DNA of 64,000 bases from Haliotis rufescens. Taxonomy: Eukaryota. The stretch's first letter is position 1; the number at the start of each line of letters is the position of its first letter. The translations under genes and the position numbers were made by a program. A model generated the notes under the pieces. That model saw only the letters and a list, made by a program, of their open reading frames with translations. It ran no database searches and was not told where the DNA came from. Shown one piece after another: positions 61,101 through 64,000 of the stretch. Where the stretch lies: contig NW_025963835.1 in the NCBI RefSeq assembly GCF_023055435.1, positions 2,046,001-2,110,000 of the forward strand. Reading direction: 5' to 3'.

Positions 61101-63981
61101 GCTCTGTCCAGGCCGGACAAGGTGGCTCCCACCGAATGGCGACTCCACCCAGAGATCTTCACAGTCCTTTGTCAAACGATCGCCTCTCCAAACATCGATC
61201 TGTTCGCCACGTCTCAGAACTGCCAGCTGCCGACTTACATCTCGCCGGTCCCGGATCCGGCCGCTGTAGCAGTCGACGCCTTCAGTGTTCCCTGGGAGGG
61301 ATTAAGCGCGTACGCTTTTCCGCCTCCGGTTCTCCTTCCCAGGGTTCTTCAAAAGATCCAGGCCACTCGACACTTGACACTGATTTTGGTCGCGCCTTGG
61401 TGGCCGGCCAGAAGTTGGTTTGTCGACCTCCGAAACGTCGCCAGAGACAACCCTCTAGAACTGCCAGCGTGGTCCAACCTTCTGCTTCACCCACACAGTC
61501 GGTTGCCCCACCCAAGTCCCGCTCGGTTTCATCTGCACGCCTGGCACATCTGCAAAAAGCCCTAGGAGCCAAGGGCTATTCGACTAGAGCAGCCAAGGCT
61601 ATTGCTTTCGCCCATCGTCCATCTACACGGGGACTATATGATGATAAATGGTCCTCGTTCCAGGCGTTCTGCTCTGACAAGCATCAGGATCCGATGACGG
61701 CATCCCCGCAGTTCCTGGCTGAGTTTCTTCTGTACTTGCGCAGCACGCGTCGATTAAAAGGCTCTACCATCTCCACGTACCTGGTCGCCATTAACTCCGT
61801 CCTTGCCATTCCGGACGACCGGAGAATGACGAAAATTCCCGAACTCCAGGCTATGCTGCGCTCGTTTCGTCTCGACGACCAGAAAGCCAAGTTCAGACCG
61901 CCTGCGTGGGATCTGAATGTGGTCTTAAAGGCTCTTCGGGAGGCTCCCTTCGAACCACTCCACACGTCTTCCTTTTACGACTTAACGAAGAAGACGGTGT
62001 TTCTACTGGCCTTGGCTACTGCCGCCCGGGTTAGTGAGCTCCACGCCCTCGACGTCTCTCGGGTCAGGTTCGAACGCGGGACTCATGGAGCAGTTCATCT
62101 TGGGCTGTGCTTGGACTTCATCGCAAAGAATCAACTCCCCGGACAGCCTGATAGATCCTTCACCATCCCTCCACTTTCGTCGATTGTGGGTGCCGACGAC
62201 GTGGAGGAGCTCTTATTATGCCCAGTTAGGGCCCTGAAGGTTTTCCTGCGACGGTCTAAAGCCTGCCGTAAGTCTAGGAAACGCCTTTTCCTACCGGTCT
62301 CCCCTTCGTCGCTGTCGGAGGTCAGCCGGAATACTATCTCCCTGTGGCTCCGGGCGGTCATCCTCCAATCTTATAAAGTCGCCGGATTGGACCCCCCCAA
62401 GGCTAACAACCCCCACGAGATTCGGGCGGTCGCGTCTACCATGGCTCTGCACAGTAACTGTTCCCTCAAATCTATCATGGAAGGCTGTTTTTGGCGTTCC
62501 GACACCGTTTTCGCCAACCACTACCTCCGTGATGTAGCCTTGGAAGATGTCGCTGGCGTTCATAGCTTTGGTCCCCTGGTGGTAGCTCAACAGGTCACCA
62601 ACCCCCGACGCCACTGATTCTCCGTTACCCTGAGCGGGGCCCGTCGACCTCTCTGGTGTTTATCACCACAGATTAGAGGGCTCTACTGCGTTCCGCATTC
62701 GCTCTTAGGTCAGTGCTAGTTTTGGCATTCCCGCCTCATACTATTTCTGTCAACTATTTCGGGTTCCCTCTTTTGCATCGACTCTCGTTTCCTTTCACAG
62801 GAATGGTCGCTGGTGTTCCGGTCATCGCTTGTCCATGCGGTGCGATTTCATCGGACCTTTGTCGAGGGTTTTCTTCTGGCTCACATCTGAAGGTATGCCC
62901 ACCGGCCGTGCCGTCTGATAAAGATGCAATACGGAGTAATGCAGGATAAGTTAAAAAATTTAGTAAAATCTAAATATTTTTTACATTTGTATACTTATCC
63001 TGCATTACGAAGTCTAAGTGCCCCCCCTGCGCTCCGCTTCCTCCCCACGAAGTTTCCGATGTTATGTTAAAGCAGTTATGAGTTTTGACATGACGTCATG
63101 TCTTCCGGGTCACGTGCCGACTGTGTGGGAGGGGGCGCTGCTTCCTGGACAGATGGAAACAACTTTCTTCAGCAGCTGGATCTCACACAGTTCGTCTCTC
63201 TGTCAAAGACAGCAGTAAATGCAATACGGAGTAATGCAGGATAAGTATACAAATGTAAAAAATATTTAGATTTTACTAATGTTTTGAATTTAGGGGTTAT
63301 CTTCACTCCACTGGGTGTCAACAGATATTTTGCAAATTCTTTAATGCTTTTAATCAAGGTGCTTACATGATTTGATGCACTTCGCGGGGTAAGACCCGTT
63401 TTATTGCAATATAGACATTGATTATAGAGCAGATCTTCCAGACTGGGCGCCGCCATTTTGTTTGAAACAGCAAGTGATATGAGAGATGGAATCTGATTGG
63501 TTAATAGGAGGAACATAGAAGGGACATAACTCGTAATAATCACTGGTGGCGCAAAGAACGAGCCTGGAAATTCCAGCCTTGTTCGACGGGTAGAAACTTC
63601 TTTAGTCAGTTAACGCCCTTGCCTCGTGAAGATTATGGATATCAGTACCTTGATTGTTTGCGACAATGCGTTCATGTGACATCAAAAACAATTTAAATAG
63701 GTGGACAATTTTTATAATGCTCAGTTGGAATTACTGAAATACTTTCACCTATATACCTTATGGGTAAATACAGCAATACTCAGTCTGTGAAAGTTATTTG
63801 TGATGTTTCAGTCTCGAGAGCGTGATGCCACAGCCGGTGAGAGACGACTTGGGCAGGAGATGGCGGAGAGCTTGAAGAAGATCATTGAGCCGTTCTTCCT
63901 TCGAAGAACCAAAGCTGAGGTGACTGACAAGAAGAACAAAGGAGGAGAAGAAACTGAAGATGGGAAGAAACATCTCACTAA
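43187..63981 (+). CDS. ERCC6L: ERCC6L/PICH SNF2-family DNA translocase, 5' part (gene continues beyond the window)
   Basis: Phase-compatible exons 43187-43259 (least certain), 45365-45603 (TPR-like ...RALEFNKRALRIHYTEKLAKRIKKME), 47080-47267 (HQKEG..GGILGDDMG), 52467-52592 (LGKTIQVIGFLSGMFD), 53902-54067, 54851-54976 (DYVILDEGHKIKN..LTGTPVQNNL), 56412-56504 (ELWALFDF..FKMEYENPI) and 63812-63981 (..IIEPFFLRRTK). The N-terminal TPR and the SGMFD/FKMEYENPI motifs match PICH rather than CSB. Confidence 0.9.
43858..44068 (+). mobile_element. SINE-like family B with internal deletion
   Basis: Family B consensus at both ends. Confidence 0.75.
45829..46505. repeat. G-rich ~24-25-bp minisatellite (GACAGATGACATTGGGGTGGGGGGA)
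   Basis: Read directly from the sequence. It gives the spurious Pro-rich minus-strand ORFs. Confidence 0.95.
46536..46973 (+). mobile_element. MITE with CAGAGCT termini, copy 1
   Basis: CAGAGCTACAG...CTGGAGCTCTG, flanked by a 5-bp duplication AATGT. An inverted paralog starts at 47649. Confidence 0.8.
47649..48069 (-). mobile_element. MITE with CAGAGCT termini, copy 2 (inverted)
   Basis: Reverse-complement homolog of 46536-46973, flanked by a 6-bp duplication TGAAAG. Confidence 0.8.
48112..51487. mobile_element. MITE with internal ~21-bp repeats (TTTTCTCGTTATTTCGA), split by the deleted DIRS element
   Basis: Inverted ends CCTTATGGTGCCACTTTGG..TAGCATAA / TTATGCTACCAAAGTGGCACCATTAGG. The repeat array continues on both sides of the DIRS insert. 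Confidence 0.65.
48475..51349 (+). mobile_element. Internally deleted, degenerate DIRS1-type retrotransposon (2.9 kb)
   Basis: Diverged ITRs (~48484-48615 and ~51182-51313), ICR 50977-51059 and a right extension. Remnants of the gag end, pol N-terminus (DTPVGGRL..FWKNW), MT domain (PNIDLFA, VAPWWP) and YR (DLTKKTIFLVALA, CPVRAL, FGPLVVAQQVTNP). RT and RNaseH are deleted. Confidence 0.92.
51678..52305 (+). mobile_element. Cluster of degenerate SINE A and SINE B fragments
   Basis: GGTTAAAGCG..GTCATGCC..GGGTTTGATTCCCCACATGGGTACAATGTG (family A). Family B cores at ~51830 and 52075-52300. Confidence 0.7.
52968..53291 (+). mobile_element. tRNA-headed SINE family D (resembles the mollusc RUDI/Meta-domain type) with TSD
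   Basis: A box TGGTCTAGTGG, B box GGTTCGATCCC, core GGGTCATACCAAAAGA..AAAAGATGGTAC, and a 12-bp TSD ACTGGTAAGGAG. Confidence 0.85.
53515..53751 (+). mobile_element. SINE family C truncated by the assembly gap
   Basis: GGCCCAGTCATCTTAGGCG...GTGGGTTTGAATCCC...CTCCCACATCAAGCTGACAC. Confidence 0.75.
53752..53900. other. Assembly gap (149 N) directly before an ERCC6L exon
   Basis: Run of N. Confidence 1.
56020..56270 (-). mobile_element. Degenerate SINE family C
   Basis: GAGTGAG..GGGTTTAAC..GTGTCAGCTTAAT..GAGGAAAGCCTGAAGTGATGCAGGTCTC...AAGGGACGCAA. Confidence 0.7.
57097..57274 (+). repeat. DIRS left ITR (178 bp)
   Basis: Appears to be the exact reverse complement of 63069-63246. Confidence 0.95.
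57725..59620 (+). CDS. gag: DIRS Gag-like ORF1 (N-terminal Cys/His zinc finger, Pro-rich repeat, RS/RG-rich regions)
   Basis: First ATG at 57725: MSRCSRC..HPCCLDC..C..CSYC. PAPLGPAPP repeats, and C-terminal PFRGTGRGRGR. Confidence 0.85.
   Translation: MSRCSRCRGNKSGRDPHPCCLDCTTPCTLTERCSYCSPLSPVAFTAYLRVSRKRFTQRVRRLANMSSNVESASHGTTSDRTRSPTPPLPSSASTSSSAASPVSGFLSPLPSTTTTPAPLGPAPPMYPAPLGPAPPAPLGPAPPIYPAPPIYPAPPAPLGPAPPIYPAPLGPAPPMYPAPLGPAPLMSSMYTAPLTTSAPLTCAAPPTYGHALPSSFMDPSWMQAWMQSLFAQAQPTSATPTVPPATPATLTAPTTATAIPEAPSTSGASRSRTLYTSSPPTVSRHSSKSARSRRRSRSRSRSHSPVHRRRRRSSSSEGSFRPNYDPPSPEIDTHLGLSQVADWLADRLASVAPSPGSDVDKKLTIWSNPTSLPPDPMLTDLVTALDEDFAKLSLTPSFKAPRFRREDFPVHSFDVADGAHILDEDLHRMTGSSQSVTIRMPDSRLAFVETELRRTLKPLSTLASSARAIDQDLAESNPNRIDHLRTVMTFQLRQIDHMRNHLRAALAEITTTRRLGYLTSTDWDSEFKRSLLRQPWSGPTLFNGAISATHTRVSSFARDETALRALEHVTHQSAAKSSKGNYKPRRSSLKVVSKHTSPFRGTGRGRGRARGTYQPRRDRRPGKGADSTSKR
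59523..61565 (+). CDS. pol: DIRS Pol: reverse transcriptase, RNase H and Dam-like methyltransferase domain
   Basis: RT motifs FYSPVFLVPKK, LDIQDAY, LPFG and YIDD. RNaseH motifs VDASKQGWG, NLELEA, TDN and NVLADALSR. MT-like motifs IDLFA, DAF..W and YAFPP. No early ATG. Confidence 0.95.
   Translation: MGQGVVVVEPVALTNPEGIVAPARGPIPPQSVDRRHLNDWDLPPPVVPVTDTPVGGRLGRFWRNWYILEDPFVTDILCQGYRLPLSALPPLTSTPSTAAYSPHQLRPLHDSILSLLQKEAIEIVHDPARHPGFYSPVFLVPKKGTTSWRMIHNLSTFNRLYLERPPYFRMTTLRLLRTRISAGDSLISLDIQDAYLHVPIHPNDRRFLRFLFNGTHYQWAVLPFGISTAPWLFTRITRPVAAYLHLRNINFDPYIDDCLLNNRDSALLLRHRDFTLRLFNQLGWIVNQTKSELIPSFRLQFIGGLFLTDLDLLQVPRDRWLKILAHLFPALQQARTLRQWQVLLGLLTSAQDLTARGRLQLRPIQRFLAPFIRQQDPESLIVLPVHLHPFLRWWTVESNVCGGVSLTALQPSLHLFVDASKQGWGAHLGTQTVAGLWSGDRLFWHSNNLELEALILAVSHWQSILRHGQLAISTDNITVVWCLRNQGTLHSQSLLNQTFRFFDLVDRLDLQFLVQHIPGCRNVLADALSRPDKVAPTEWRLHPEIFTVLCQTIASPNIDLFATSQNCQLPTYISPVPDPAAVAVDAFSVPWEGLSAYAFPPPVLLPRVLQKIQATRHLTLILVAPWWPARSWFVDLRNVARDNPLELPAWSNLLLHPHSRLPHPSPARFHLHAWHICKKP
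59705..62617 (+). CDS. DIRS tyrosine recombinase ORF (overlaps pol; SAM-like and catalytic domains from ~61520)
   Basis: Catalytic R (ATAARVSEL), K (FIAKN), CPVRAL, HxxR (HEIR), W and Y (FANHY). In frame with gag. Confidence 0.93.
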   Translation: MEKLVHTGGPVRHRHPLSGVPAPIVCAASSDVYSVNGRLFTPPASAPSRQHPFPTAEGGHRDRTRPGSTPRILLSGVSGAQEGDHQLAHDTQSLHFQPALPGTSSLLPNDDVATAQDENLSWRFPDQPRHPGRLSSCPHPPQRPALPQVPFQWYPLPVGGPTIWNFYGPVAFHTDHPPGRRLPTPEEHQLRSIHRRLSPQQSGLGVATASQGFYPAALQSVGLDRQSDQVGADPIVPSAVYRGPVSHGSGPPSSPQRQVVENPRSSLPCPSTGSNSPPMAGSIGSPHVGSRPDCQRSPPAPSNSTVSRTLYPAAGSGVPHRPPGPPPPLPPMVDGGIERLRRRLLDRATALPPPVRRRIQTGLGGSSGDSNSCRAVVRRSTLLAQQQPRTRSSHTGRLPLAEHSPARPVGHLHGQHHRGVVSEESGYSPLSVPAQPDLPIFRPGGPFRLAIPCSAHSRLPECSGRRSVQAGQGGSHRMATPPRDLHSPLSNDRLSKHRSVRHVSELPAADLHLAGPGSGRCSSRRLQCSLGGIKRVRFSASGSPSQGSSKDPGHSTLDTDFGRALVAGQKLVCRPPKRRQRQPSRTASVVQPSASPTQSVAPPKSRSVSSARLAHLQKALGAKGYSTRAAKAIAFAHRPSTRGLYDDKWSSFQAFCSDKHQDPMTASPQFLAEFLLYLRSTRRLKGSTISTYLVAINSVLAIPDDRRMTKIPELQAMLRSFRLDDQKAKFRPPAWDLNVVLKALREAPFEPLHTSSFYDLTKKTVFLLALATAARVSELHALDVSRVRFERGTHGAVHLGLCLDFIAKNQLPGQPDRSFTIPPLSSIVGADDVEELLLCPVRALKVFLRRSKACRKSRKRLFLPVSPSSLSEVSRNTISLWLRAVILQSYKVAGLDPPKANNPHEIRAVASTMALHSNCSLKSIMEGCFWRSDTVFANHYLRDVALEDVAGVHSFGPLVVAQQVTNPRRH
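62924..63008 (+). promoter_or_regulatory. DIRS internal complementary region (ICR)
   Basis: The 5' half is complementary to the element's left end (57089-57124) and the 3' half to the right end and extension (63231-63279). Confidence 0.95.
63069..63279 (-). repeat. DIRS right ITR (63069-63246) plus 33-nt right extension
   Basis: Inverted copy of the left ITR, followed by ATACAAATGTAAAAAATATTTAGATTTTACTAA. Confidence 0.95.
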
Positions 63982-64000
63982 GTACTTGCTGTTAATATTA

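Larger units (their letters stand above)
57089..63279 (+). mobile_element. Apparently intact DIRS1-type tyrosine-recombinase retrotransposon (6191 bp) in an ERCC6L intron
   Basis: Inverted terminal repeats, right extension, ICR and three uninterrupted ORFs (gag, RT-RH-MT, YR). No TSD. Confidence 0.97.

Overview
Eukaryotic (metazoan) genomic DNA, AT-rich and SINE-dense. The SINE families resemble those I recall from gastropod molluscs such as abalone; this is recall and was not verified. From left to right: (1) a 25-bp minisatellite; (2) a minus-strand gene with four coding exons for a secreted 146-aa two-Kazal-domain protein, largely missed by the ORF track; (3) a 52-bp satellite with higher-order repeats; (4) a tandem array of five copies (~3.55-kb unit) of a spliced orphan gene encoding a ~275-aa coiled-coil plus basic-tail protein, each with a double-CRE promoter and an inverted hammerhead-like motif pair in an intron; (5) the 5' part of ERCC6L/PICH (SNF2 helicase), with an E2F/CDE-CHR promoter element. 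ERCC6L introns carry MITEs, an internally deleted DIRS element and an apparently intact 6.19-kb DIRS1-type tyrosine-recombinase retrotransposon. That element has identical 178-bp ITRs, an ICR, and gag, RT-RNaseH-methyltransferase and YR ORFs. Its layout suggests one mRNA making Gag, Gag-Pol (by +1 frameshift at CCC_UUU_CGU) and Gag-YR (by UGA-C readthrough).
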